Part shown: piece after piece, positions 17,409-26,764 of the stretch
Layout: the number at the start of each line of letters is the position of its first letter
Position numbering within the stretch: the first letter of the stretch is position 1
Source: Gammaproteobacteria bacterium UBA3067
GTDB lineage: Bacteria > Pseudomonadota > Gammaproteobacteria > Pseudomonadales > UBA3067
Assembly (NCBI GenBank): GCA_002366835.1
Contig: DFBZ01000060.1
Coordinates: 83,011 to 147,010 of the forward strand
DNA: 64,000 bases
Reading direction: 5' to 3'
Translations under genes and position numbers: made by a program
The notes under the pieces: model-generated
The model's input: the letters and a program-made list of their open reading frames with translations, nothing else
What the model was told of the DNA's origin: nothing
The model's database searches: none

Positions 17409-19331
17409 GTGTCCCACTTACCCGTCATCGTAGGCCTTGGTGGCATTAACGCAGCAGGCAGGTCTTCATTCCACAATAGCTACAAGCTGGTGGTTGCCGA
17501 CAAGCTCAGCAAAGAAGACCGGGAAAACACCTACACGGGCCTCGCATCCATGATGGGCCTAATCCGCTACGAAAATGGCGGTTTCGTTGATAATCAAGGC
17601 AATAGCATTGCGCCGGACATGATTGAAGAGCGCTTTGGCCAACATATTTCTGAAAACACCCGCCTTCGCAAAATTAACGATGAACACTATGACCCAGACA
17701 AAAAACCCTTCCAGCAACGAGCCAGCTTAAGCAATCAGGGCGAAGCCATCACCTTCACCCTTAAAACCCGCAACCTGCCCAGCACCCTACCTGATAACTG
17801 GCAAGTCAGCGCTATTGACAAGGTAAACAGCGAAGTACGCATACAAGATGGCTTGGACGTATTATTCCCCGATGGCCAAGTCTCAAAAGTTTCTACCGGC
17901 GGGCAACTCCCTACGGGCATGAAACTAAACAAGCTGTATCAATCCCGTAATCATCCGCGCGGCTTACAAATGACCGTGTACGGGTGCTCCGATGCACTGC
18001 GCTCGGTGGGAATTGACTGGGAAACTATCCAGCAGCACATTCGCCCGGACCAAGTGTCGGTCTATGCCAGTAGCGCCATGGGGCAAATGGATGAAAATGG
18101 TGGCGGTGGTTATATGTCTGCGGCCATGCGCGGCAAACGCGCCACATCCAAACAACTTCCCCTTAGCTTGGCAGACATGCCTGCTGACTTTATCAATGCT
18201 TATATTCTAGGCAGTACCGGCAATACGGGTGCTAGCCTGGGGGCCTGTGCCTCCTTTCACTACAACCTGGCGAACGGCGTACGGGATATCCAAAGTGGCC
18301 GTGCCCGCGTGGCCATCGTGGGTTCAGCGGAAGCCCCTGTAACGCCTGAAATTATCGAAGGTTATGGCGCTATGGGCGCACTGGCCACCGATGATGAAAT
18401 TGCTGAACTCGACCAATCCACAACAGGCCCAGATCGCGCACGCGCTTGTCGTCCTTTTGGTTATAACTGTGGTTTCACCATGGCCGAATCTGCACAGTTT
18501 TTTGTTTTGATGGATGATGAACTGGCCCTGGAGCTCGGCGCCAAAATCTACGGCGCAGTGCCCGATGTTTTCGTAAATGCCGATGGCTTTAAAAAATCCA
18601 TCTCCTCACCCGGCGTGGGCAACTACCTGACTTTATGGAAAGCCGCCGCTCTGGGAGAAAAACTACTGGGCCGAAAAGCTCTGCAAGAGCGTAGCTTTGT
18701 CCATGCCCACGGCACCGGCACCCCTCAGAACCGAGTAACGGAATCCCATGTTTTTAATGAAGTAGCAAAAGCCTACGACATCAATAACTGGCTGATCAGC
18801 GCCATTAAATGCTACGTTGGCCACTCACTGGCAACAGCCGGAGGCGATCAACTTAACTTCACCCTCGGCACCTGGCAACATGGCCTAGTACCTGGCATCA
18901 CCACCCTTGATGAAGTCGCAGAGGATGTACACCAATCCAACCTGCGTTTTGAACGGGAACACACAGAAGTTGGCCAAGAAGGCATGGATATGGCCTTTCT
19001 AAACTCCAAAGGTTTTGGCGGCAACAACGCCACAGCTCTGGTACTCGCTCCTCATGCAGTAAAGAAAATGCTGGCCAAAAAACACGGCAAAGAAGCCCTG
19101 CAACAATACGAAGAACGCAGCATTTCGGTTGAGGAAAAAGCCAAGCAGTACGAAACAGAGGCAACTCGGGGAACCGCGAAACCCATCTACCACTTTGATA
19201 ACAATGTATTGGTCGGTGATGACCTCGAAATCACCGATGAAAGCATTACCGTTCCCGGCCAGACGAACAAAGTTAGTTTCACGGATACCGGGCATTTCGA
19301 CGATATCTGCCTGAGTGATGGAGAGTTATAA
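17409..19331 (+). CDS. fabY: FabY-type beta-ketoacyl synthase (KAS I/II-domain initiating condensing enzyme)
   Basis: GTG start after AAAAGGAG. (M)SHLPVIVGLGGINAAGRSSFH, HPRGLQMTVYG, GACASF (active-site Cys), FVNADGFKKSISSPGVGNYLT and HAHGTGTP are collinear with P. aeruginosa FabY (PA5174) as I remember it. Confidence 0.8.
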   Translation: MSHLPVIVGLGGINAAGRSSFHNSYKLVVADKLSKEDRENTYTGLASMMGLIRYENGGFVDNQGNSIAPDMIEERFGQHISENTRLRKINDEHYDPDKKPFQQRASLSNQGEAITFTLKTRNLPSTLPDNWQVSAIDKVNSEVRIQDGLDVLFPDGQVSKVSTGGQLPTGMKLNKLYQSRNHPRGLQMTVYGCSDALRSVGIDWETIQQHIRPDQVSVYASSAMGQMDENGGGGYMSAAMRGKRATSKQLPLSLADMPADFINAYILGSTGNTGASLGACASFHYNLANGVRDIQSGRARVAIVGSAEAPVTPEIIEGYGAMGALATDDEIAELDQSTTGPDRARACRPFGYNCGFTMAESAQFFVLMDDELALELGAKIYGAVPDVFVNADGFKKSISSPGVGNYLTLWKAAALGEKLLGRKALQERSFVHAHGTGTPQNRVTESHVFNEVAKAYDINNWLISAIKCYVGHSLATAGGDQLNFTLGTWQHGLVPGITTLDEVAEDVHQSNLRFEREHTEVGQEGMDMAFLNSKGFGGNNATALVLAPHAVKKMLAKKHGKEALQQYEERSISVEEKAKQYETEATRGTAKPIYHFDNNVLVGDDLEITDESITVPGQTNKVSFTDTGHFDDICLSDGEL

Positions 19332-19377
19332 ACAAACGCTCACCCTGTCACACCAGCACTAACCAAGCACCTCATAA

Positions 19378-19410
19378 GGCGGACTATAGCAATATAGCCC
19401 GCCTTTTTTA
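19378..19410 (+). terminator. Rho-independent terminator of fabY
   Basis: GGCGGACTATA-GCAA-TATAGCCCGCC followed by TTTTTT. Confidence 0.7.
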
Positions 19411-19667
19411 TGCCGAATGCACCCACACTAAGCCCTTATTGAACTTACCCCCGTCTGACTCGTCTATAATTATAGTGTGCGGAAAAGCCCATAAGGCGTC
19501 CTCCATCACTCTGAACTCAATGCTCACAAAGCATAACTGGCTTTATTGATACACCACCCCAGTATCAACAAAAGCACCAAGCTTGGCCCTGCCCTCGGTA
19601 GTTGTCGCTGTATCGACTACCCAGACACTGACGCTGCAACCGAAGATGTTACCCCCTAGCAAAGGAC

Positions 19668-20429
19668 GTGAGTTACAAAGCCGCGCTGGCTAAACGCATG
19701 CAAATCGACCTCGACACCATACAGTCCAGCGGAGAACATGGCTTAATTACCGCAGAAGATGTAGAACACGCAGCACAACTTCACGATGAAAAAGGCGCAT
19801 TAATCAAGCTGCGCGGCGTGCGTCGATCCATGGCAAAAAACATGGCTAGAGCGCATGCAGAAGTAGTTCAAGTGACTATTTTCGACGACGTAGATGTGCA
19901 TGAATGGGGCGAGGGGAACGACCCCACCATGCGCCTCGTAAGAGCTATTGCCGTCGCCTGCGAGGCAGAGCCCTTTTTAAACGCATGGTATGATGGTAAA
20001 ACAATGGCGTTAAGGCCGCTAAAAACCATCGACTTGGGCATTGCTGTCGATACGCCTGACGGACTTTTTGTACCGGTTCTCAGGGACATTGGCAACCGCC
20101 CCATAGAAAACCTCCGCAAGGGCCTGGGCAACCTTAGATCTGCCGTTAGATCCCGCGCCATTCCACCATCAGAGTTAATTAATCCAGGTATCACCCTTTC
20201 TAATTTCGGAACCATCGTGGGCAAATACGCTAATCCCGTCGTTGTTCCTCCGACCGTTTGTATTATTGGCTCTGGAGCAATACGCGAAGCGGTCACAGCC
20301 GTAAATGGTTCTGCACAGGTACGCCGCATTATACCCATATCCTTAAGCTTCGATCATCGTCCCATTACCGGAGGTGAAGCTGCGCGCTTTTTTAGTGCAT
20401 TCCAGGACGACCTAAAATTACCTGAATGA
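19668..20429 (+). CDS. 2-oxoacid dehydrogenase E2-type acyltransferase: E3-binding and catalytic domains only, no lipoyl domain
   Basis: GTG start. PSBD-like AALAKRMQIDLDTIQSSGEHGLITAEDVEHAA. Catalytic core with ITLSNFGTIVG and SLSFDHRPITGGEAARF (DHRxxxG motif intact). Confidence 0.7.
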   Translation: MSYKAALAKRMQIDLDTIQSSGEHGLITAEDVEHAAQLHDEKGALIKLRGVRRSMAKNMARAHAEVVQVTIFDDVDVHEWGEGNDPTMRLVRAIAVACEAEPFLNAWYDGKTMALRPLKTIDLGIAVDTPDGLFVPVLRDIGNRPIENLRKGLGNLRSAVRSRAIPPSELINPGITLSNFGTIVGKYANPVVVPPTVCIIGSGAIREAVTAVNGSAQVRRIIPISLSFDHRPITGGEAARFFSAFQDDLKLPE

Positions 20430-20714
20430 TTTCACCGTTTCACTTGATGCAAGTCACAGGCTCACCTAAAAAGAGCCTGTAAAAAACATATTAGCCATAA
20501 ACCCTCCTACAATTAATAAACACAGTGTTAATTTCTTTCTAAGTGCTGCAAGCAAGGAAACCTGATCGACCTGCTACATTTGGTAACCGAGAAGAACAGC
20601 ATCGTTACTGAATGATCTGCTCACCTATGTAATAACCTTATTTATTCTTGTGCAACGATAAGATCAAAAAATATCTGTCCGTCGCGTTACCTTAAGGAAG
20701 CTCTAAAACAAGCC

Positions 20715-21833
20715 ATGATAGATCAGCAGCGCACCCATTCCACGGCAGCAGATCATACGATACCTGATCATGTTAATTCGATGCTGGCACGCGCTAAGCG
20801 AGATGCCATATTGCAAGCAGCGAGCGGTGCGCTTATCGTGCTGGATGCCAATGGCACTATTATTTCTTTCAACAGCCGTGCCGAAGAACAGTTTGCCATA
20901 CCAAAAAGGAAAGCAATCGGGGCGCAAGTTGATAAAATTCTGAATGTATGCGAATTAACAAGTAGTTCGTTCTACGAGTGGATCAAATTACTGGATCTGG
21001 AAACCGAAGTTGCACATAACGTGGTACTGAATTTTAATAAAGCCGATGGTTCCACAGAGATGGCGGAGGTCACTGTCGGGAAAGCTCCCCTGGAGAGTTT
21101 CACTGTAGAAAAAAGTACCGAAAATTCATCCGCAGCAAAAGGCCCATGCTATCAATATATTTGCGTCATCCGACCCGTCTCCACCTTTAAAGACAGTCAA
21201 ATTGAAGATGCCTTAAAATATCTAAGTCATACCCTCAAAACACCTTTATTCGGAATGCTTGGTCTCATCTCGCTTGCTCTCAGCGAAAAGCGCCTACCTG
21301 CTCGTTCGAGGCGTTACCTTGAGCGGGCAAACAAATCGGGCGAGGCGCTTGCCCAAGTTATTGAGCGCACGCTGAATAAACTTCAAGCCCACCCCCCCAA
21401 CCAGGATGCAGCCCAGAACAAGGCAGAACAGGCTGAAGACGAGCTTGCTTACAAAGGAAGGTTTAGCGGGAACAATATTCTGGTAGTCGAAGACAACCTA
21501 ACCAACCAAATTATTGCCAAAGGCATGTTAAAGAAATTTGGGGTAAACCCCCACACCGTAGAAAACGGCGAGGAAGCCATTGCCGAGATAAAAAGAAACA
21601 ACTACGACCTGATTCTGATGGACTGCAACATGCCTGTTATGGATGGTTATACTGCAGCAAAAATGATTCGCGAATTGCCTGCACCAAAAAGCAACATCCC
21701 TATTATCGCTATCACTGCGACACAGGTCTCTGACAAAGAAACATTTTGCAAAACAAATAAAATGGACGGTTATATTGCGAAACCTTACCGCCTTGACGAC
21801 ATCTATCACACGCTCCATCTTTGGCTAAGCTAA
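20715..21833 (+). CDS. PAS - HisKA(DHp) - receiver protein lacking a HATPase catalytic domain
   Basis: PAS-like LIVLDANGTIISFNSRAEEQF. H-box LSHTLKTPLFGMLG. Receiver domain ILVVEDNLTNQ...DLILMDCNMPVMDG...IIAITA...YIAKP. Only ~80 aa separate the H-box from the receiver, and no N/G1/G2 boxes are visible. Confidence 0.7.
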   Translation: MIDQQRTHSTAADHTIPDHVNSMLARAKRDAILQAASGALIVLDANGTIISFNSRAEEQFAIPKRKAIGAQVDKILNVCELTSSSFYEWIKLLDLETEVAHNVVLNFNKADGSTEMAEVTVGKAPLESFTVEKSTENSSAAKGPCYQYICVIRPVSTFKDSQIEDALKYLSHTLKTPLFGMLGLISLALSEKRLPARSRRYLERANKSGEALAQVIERTLNKLQAHPPNQDAAQNKAEQAEDELAYKGRFSGNNILVVEDNLTNQIIAKGMLKKFGVNPHTVENGEEAIAEIKRNNYDLILMDCNMPVMDGYTAAKMIRELPAPKSNIPIIAITATQVSDKETFCKTNKMDGYIAKPYRLDDIYHTLHLWLS

Positions 21834-21863
21834 AAGCATAATTTCTAACTTATTCACTATTGT

Positions 21864-23015
21864 TCAGCCAGAGCTTTTACTTTTCAATATCTCTAACTTT
21901 TTAATCACTTTTTTCACCCTATCAACATACTCTCGTGCTTGCTTATGATTCGGTTGTAGCTTGAGCGCAGCCTGCCAGATATCCAGCGCTTTTTGATAGT
22001 GCTCCCGTTTATAGTAGGAATAACCCAGCTCAAGCTGAATATCGACGTGATTGGCAAGTTTCTCCTGAAAACTCGCTTCTTTTTCGTCTAAATCCTGGGG
22101 TTTCCACGTATTCTTTTTCAGCAAAGACAGGGTTTTTTTCGCGTCGCTATAATTATCCTGTGACAAAAAATCATTATATTCCGACAGCAAAGCTTGCCCT
22201 CGCTGCTTTGCCTTCCTTATCTTTTTCTTCTGTGCATATTCCAACGCGGCGTTTTTCTTCTTATTCCGGAGCTTAATGCTTACTAATACTCTTGATTTCA
22301 GCGCACCTGCCTGTTCACTAGGATGAAGTCGATAGGCTAAATTGGCCATTTTTTTAGCTCTATTTAGTTCCTTTTTTTCAAGGTCTATTTCAGCAAACAC
22401 CAATAACTCAGCAGAGACTTTTTGGGCTTCGATTGTTTTATCTTTTAAATTTTCTGTAATGCTTACGTTACGAGGATCAACCTGAGATAGCTCACGATTA
22501 TAGGAAATCTCTTTCTCCAACATTTCGCCTTTCGCAAACAGCACTTTTTGCTCCGCCTTATGGATCTTGATTTTTTGCTTTGTAACGATATTATTATATT
22601 CGGCAGTTAAACGCTGGCTCTTTGGTAGTTTCTTTAGGGCAATATCATAACGGTCCAATACCGCACGCCAGTTATTGCGACGCACGTCTTTCTTGCCTAC
22701 CTCTATAACTTCATTTTCATATTCTTTTGCCAGGCCAGATATGCTTATACGCTTTTTTTGGATGTGCTTATAACGTGGATTTTCTTTATCCACTGAGTCG
22801 ATCGCCACCAACGCCTTACCATACTCCTGCTCTCCCACCCAGCGATCAATGCGGCCCTCTAGATCTGTTCCCACGCCACTGGTGGAAAGGCAGCCAGACA
22901 GAATGACCAACAGAACGCCTAATAAGGCATAGGGAGCCATAAACAAAAGTTGATGTACGATGGTGTCTTTTAATGGCACTAATACGACTAGTTTAGGCTC
23001 TGAAGTTTCATCCAT
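21864..23015 (-). CDS. Lys-rich coiled-coil / TPR lipoprotein
   Basis: Lipobox ILSGC. Long K/E-rich helical region. C-terminal TPR-like YYKREHYQKALDIWQAALKLQPNHKQAREYVDRV. Starts 18 nt downstream of the cyclase stop. Confidence 0.5.
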   Translation of the reverse strand: MDETSEPKLVVLVPLKDTIVHQLLFMAPYALLGVLLVILSGCLSTSGVGTDLEGRIDRWVGEQEYGKALVAIDSVDKENPRYKHIQKKRISISGLAKEYENEVIEVGKKDVRRNNWRAVLDRYDIALKKLPKSQRLTAEYNNIVTKQKIKIHKAEQKVLFAKGEMLEKEISYNRELSQVDPRNVSITENLKDKTIEAQKVSAELLVFAEIDLEKKELNRAKKMANLAYRLHPSEQAGALKSRVLVSIKLRNKKKNAALEYAQKKKIRKAKQRGQALLSEYNDFLSQDNYSDAKKTLSLLKKNTWKPQDLDEKEASFQEKLANHVDIQLELGYSYYKREHYQKALDIWQAALKLQPNHKQAREYVDRVKKVIKKLEILKSKSSG

Positions 23016-23032
23016 GCTTTATGCGTTTTTTC

Positions 23033-24706
23033 CTATTCATTATCGGCGAGAAGCTCCTTTATTCTCTCGAGCATTTCGTGCCGAAAGGGATCGCTTATAT
23101 TTTCAAGAGAAAAAATACGACTGGGTTTCGATTTCCCTCTGAGTTGAATTTCACCACGGGCACTTGTCGCTATTTTGTCGCGTACTGAACGGTGAGCAAG
23201 CACCTCACTCGTTAAAATAATTTCTCCTGAGCCTCCGGCATGAGATAAACGCGATGCCAGGTTGACGGCATCGCCCACCACTGTATATTCCATGCGGTTT
23301 TTAGAGCCAATATTGCCCGCCAACATTGTCCCGCTGTTCGCACCAATGCGGAACTCCACTACTGGTAAACCTTTCGCTTTTCGAACCGCGTTGATTTGCT
23401 CAACCACTTGCAGAATCATCCAGGCACAACTTAGTGAATTAAAACGATGATCATCCACCTCATAGGGAACACCAAACACAATCATTGCGCAGTCCCCCAT
23501 GTATTTATCGATATAACCGTGGCAAAAATCAGAAGTTTTTTCAATCAATGAAAAATAATAGTTCAGTAGCTCGCTCACCTCATCGGCTGGCATACTTTCT
23601 GACAAAGAAGTGAAGCCAACGATATCCGCAAACAACACACTGGCATCAATATGTTTTCCACCCAGCTTTACTTCTTCCAAGCTGGTGAGATCACCAATGG
23701 CCTTGCGTGCAACTTGCGGCGATACATAACGGGAAAACACCTCTTCAACCTGCTGTTTCTGTAAAAGACCTTGCCCCATCTGATTCATTGAGCTCATTAA
23801 AATACCAAGCTCATCATTTCTACGCTCCGAAAGATTCACATCGTAACGCCCTTCTGAGATGGCCTTACTCGCATTTAAGATCTGATTAATTGGTTTTGTC
23901 AGCCAATAACTTAAATACACAGACACCAGCATTCCACTCAACGCCATTAAAACGGTCACCAACGTTATGGTAAAAATAGTGTCGCGCCGCGCCTTGGTAA
24001 GATTGGATTTATCAAATACCAGCAAGACATAACCCGCGATCAAATCTTTGGAATAAATGGGATAAAGGTATGCAATGGTCGCTTGTTTCGCGAACGCATC
24101 TTGCTTTTGCGGCAGGATAAAGAACTCAGCACCACCGCTGTGCTTTAAGCCCAGCACGACCTCTTCCACAGAAGTGGAAGCCTGTTTCCCCGAAACAGCC
24201 AGAATCAGACCGTCGTCATCATAAATTGCAGACCCTTCGATTCCTTCATGCTTCGTCACGCCATGGGTAATCATATCCAAGCTTAATTTATCACCCGCCA
24301 GCAAAGGCTCTTTTGCCGAGTCAGACATTTGTTGCAATAAAGTCAGTGCAAATTTATTCAGCTCTGCCTCCAACAAGCGAATCTGATTAGTTCCCACTGT
24401 AATTCCCACCACAAGAATACCCAGCGTCACCAAGCCGGTGATCGCTATAGCCAGCTTTGAGGCAATAGGAATGTATTGTGGTAGTTGCTTTCTTATTACC
24501 TGATAGGCGTCAAGTGGTTCCAACTTAAAAAACGCGGCGGCACTCGTGCAGTATTTTTCGAGCGCCAAAAGCTGCTGCCGCGAAGTGCGCGGCGTGACAG
24601 GGGCACTTTTTTTCAAGTTTGGGTTCCAAACCATGGATTTCTGCTTATGCGCAATACGTAAATTTATATAGGATTCAACCGTGACAACGCCATTTCGGCG
24701 GCACAC
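23033..24706 (-). CDS. Membrane-bound class III adenylate/guanylate cyclase with periplasmic sensor and HAMP domain
   Basis: Two TM segments flank a ~140-aa periplasmic region. HAMP: WLTKPINQILNASKAISEGRYD...NDELGILMSSMNQM. Cyclase: ASVLFADIVGFTSLSE...DKYMGDCAMIVFG...IGANSGTMLAGNIGS..MEYTVVGDAVNLASRL. The ATG at 24634 is a likely alternative start. Confidence 0.8.
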   Translation of the reverse strand: MCRRNGVVTVESYINLRIAHKQKSMVWNPNLKKSAPVTPRTSRQQLLALEKYCTSAAAFFKLEPLDAYQVIRKQLPQYIPIASKLAIAITGLVTLGILVVGITVGTNQIRLLEAELNKFALTLLQQMSDSAKEPLLAGDKLSLDMITHGVTKHEGIEGSAIYDDDGLILAVSGKQASTSVEEVVLGLKHSGGAEFFILPQKQDAFAKQATIAYLYPIYSKDLIAGYVLLVFDKSNLTKARRDTIFTITLVTVLMALSGMLVSVYLSYWLTKPINQILNASKAISEGRYDVNLSERRNDELGILMSSMNQMGQGLLQKQQVEEVFSRYVSPQVARKAIGDLTSLEEVKLGGKHIDASVLFADIVGFTSLSESMPADEVSELLNYYFSLIEKTSDFCHGYIDKYMGDCAMIVFGVPYEVDDHRFNSLSCAWMILQVVEQINAVRKAKGLPVVEFRIGANSGTMLAGNIGSKNRMEYTVVGDAVNLASRLSHAGGSGEIILTSEVLAHRSVRDKIATSARGEIQLRGKSKPSRIFSLENISDPFRHEMLERIKELLADNE

Positions 24707-24967
24707 CTTCCACTAAAGTATAGAAGCGGCTACTAAAGAACATAGGACAGAATCGCCGCTGTTAAGTTACAAGATGTCAGCGAACGGTTGCGCCATTCAC
24801 GAAATGAATACCAGATATAGCATTCATTAGCTGTATAAATTATGGGAATAGTTTTATTATAGCGCCCGTCTTAATCAGGAGTTAGCCCTCCTTATTGAGG
24901 AAAGCGAGCACCACTGAAGAATATGGCGCTTGTTTACGAATCAAATTTCACTTTTTGAGGACCGATC

Positions 24968-26560
24968 ATGTCACAGTACCAAAAAGATATCGAAGCAGTA
25001 GCCGCTTTGCGCGAAACCAATGGCAGCGCCTGGAATGCAATCAATCCAGAATCAGCAGCTCGCATGCGATTACAAAACCAGTTTAAAACAGGCCTGGATA
25101 TCGCCAAATACACTGCCGGCATCATGCGTGCAGATATGGCAGCTTACGACGCTGACCCTTCCCAGTACACCCAGTCCCTGGGCTGCTGGCACGGTTTTAT
25201 CGGTCAACAGAAAATGATCTCCATCAAAAAGCACTTTGAAAACACAGACCGTAAGTACCTTTACCTTTCTGGTTGGATGGTTGCTGCGCTGCGCTCTGAC
25301 TTTGGCCCACTTCCTGACCAATCAATGCACGAAAAAACATCTGTTGCTGGTCTTATCGAAGAGCTATATACCTTTCTTCGTCAAGCAGATGCGCGTGAAC
25401 TAGGCGGCTTATTCCGCGCCCTAGACGCAGCGAGAGAAGCTGGCGACGCAGCGAAAGAAGCTGAAGTTCAAGCTTCTATCGACGGCTACGTAACACATGT
25501 AGTACCTATTATTGCTGATATTGATGCTGGTTTTGGTAATGCTGAAGCGACTTACCTAATGGCTAAGCAAATGATTGAAGCCGGTGCATGCTGTATCCAG
25601 ATCGAAAACCAAGTATCTGATGAGAAGCAGTGTGGTCACCAGGACGGTAAGGTAACCGTTCCTCATGAAGACTTCCTCGCTAAAATCCGCGCTGTTCGTT
25701 ACGCCTTCCTTGAGCTAGGTATTGATGACGGTGTTATCGTCTCACGTACTGATTCACTGGGTGCCGGCCTTACTAAGCAAATCGCTGTAACGAATGAGCC
25801 AGGCGACCTTGGCGACCAATACAACGCTTTCCTTGATTGCGAAGAAGTGACTGCCGACAATATGAGCAACGGCGACGTTGTTATCAAGCAAGACGGTAAG
25901 CTGGTTCGCCCTAAGCGTTTGCCTTCTAACTTATTCCAGTTCAAGAAAGGCACAGGTGAAGCTCGCTGTATTCTAGATTGCATCACTTCCTTGCAGAACG
26001 GTGCTGATCTTCTTTGGATTGAAACCGAGAAGCCGCATGTGGCACAAATCGGCGGCATGGTTAACGCTATCCGCGAAGTAGTTCCTAACGCCAAGCTTGT
26101 CTATAACAACTCTCCTTCTTTTAACTGGACGCTTAACTTCCGTCAGCAAGTATTTGACGCAATGCAAGAATCCGGCAAGGATGTATCTGCATACGATCGC
26201 GCAGACTTGATGAACGCTAAGTACGACGACACTGACCTGTCTACCGAAGCTGACGAAAAGATCCGCACTTTCCAAGCAGATGCTGCTCGCGAAGCTGGAA
26301 TCTTCCACCACTTGATCACTCTACCTACTTACCACACTGCAGCCTTGTCTACTGACAACCTCGCAAAAGAGTACTTTGGTGAGCAAGGAATGCTGGGTTA
26401 TGTTGCTGGCGTTCAGCGTAAAGAGATCCGTCAAGGCATCGCTTGCGTTAAGCACCAGAACATGGCTGGATCTGACATGGGTGACGATCACAAAGAGTAC
26501 TTCTCTGGTGATGCGGCTCTGAAAGCATCTGGTAAAGACAACACAATGAACCAGTTCTAA
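24968..26560 (+). CDS. aceA: Isocitrate lyase (long, Pseudomonas-type)
   Basis: 530 aa. ICL signature EKQCGHQDGKV. The N-terminus MSQYQKDIEAVAALRE...SLGCWHGFIGQQKMISIKKHF resembles P. aeruginosa AceA as I remember it. Confidence 0.95.
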   Translation: MSQYQKDIEAVAALRETNGSAWNAINPESAARMRLQNQFKTGLDIAKYTAGIMRADMAAYDADPSQYTQSLGCWHGFIGQQKMISIKKHFENTDRKYLYLSGWMVAALRSDFGPLPDQSMHEKTSVAGLIEELYTFLRQADARELGGLFRALDAAREAGDAAKEAEVQASIDGYVTHVVPIIADIDAGFGNAEATYLMAKQMIEAGACCIQIENQVSDEKQCGHQDGKVTVPHEDFLAKIRAVRYAFLELGIDDGVIVSRTDSLGAGLTKQIAVTNEPGDLGDQYNAFLDCEEVTADNMSNGDVVIKQDGKLVRPKRLPSNLFQFKKGTGEARCILDCITSLQNGADLLWIETEKPHVAQIGGMVNAIREVVPNAKLVYNNSPSFNWTLNFRQQVFDAMQESGKDVSAYDRADLMNAKYDDTDLSTEADEKIRTFQADAAREAGIFHHLITLPTYHTAALSTDNLAKEYFGEQGMLGYVAGVQRKEIRQGIACVKHQNMAGSDMGDDHKEYFSGDAALKASGKDNTMNQF

Positions 26561-26622
26561 TTACTGGTTTTAGTAAGATACGCTGATGGAACCCTGCTTA
26601 GATAGAGGGTTTCATTAGAAAT

Positions 26623-26656
26623 AAAAACGGCCGCATTTGCGGCCGTTTTTATTTTA
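26623..26656 (+). terminator. Rho-independent terminator of aceA (bidirectional geometry)
   Basis: AAAAACGGCCGC-ATTT-GCGGCCGTTTTT followed by ATTTT. Confidence 0.8.
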
Positions 26657-26764
26657 GTTTTAAGCTTTAGATGGCTTCAAGGTAAAGGCACCAGGAACTA
26701 CATCTCCCTAAAGAAGGAGTCTAAACCAGTTGTTGCATCTACCTCCCACCAGTGAGCGGGGTTA

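Noticed and set aside
17234-17449. 71-aa ORF overlapping the fabY start
   Set aside because: It overlaps the well-supported fabY RBS and start in another frame, and its basic composition is arbitrary.
19868-20338. 156-aa antisense ORF inside the E2-like gene, and similar long antisense ORFs (for example 13k, 25.7k, 35.9k, 53.9k, 56.3k)
   Set aside because: Each is embedded opposite a CDS with clear family motifs. These are typical shadow ORFs of moderately GC-rich coding DNA.
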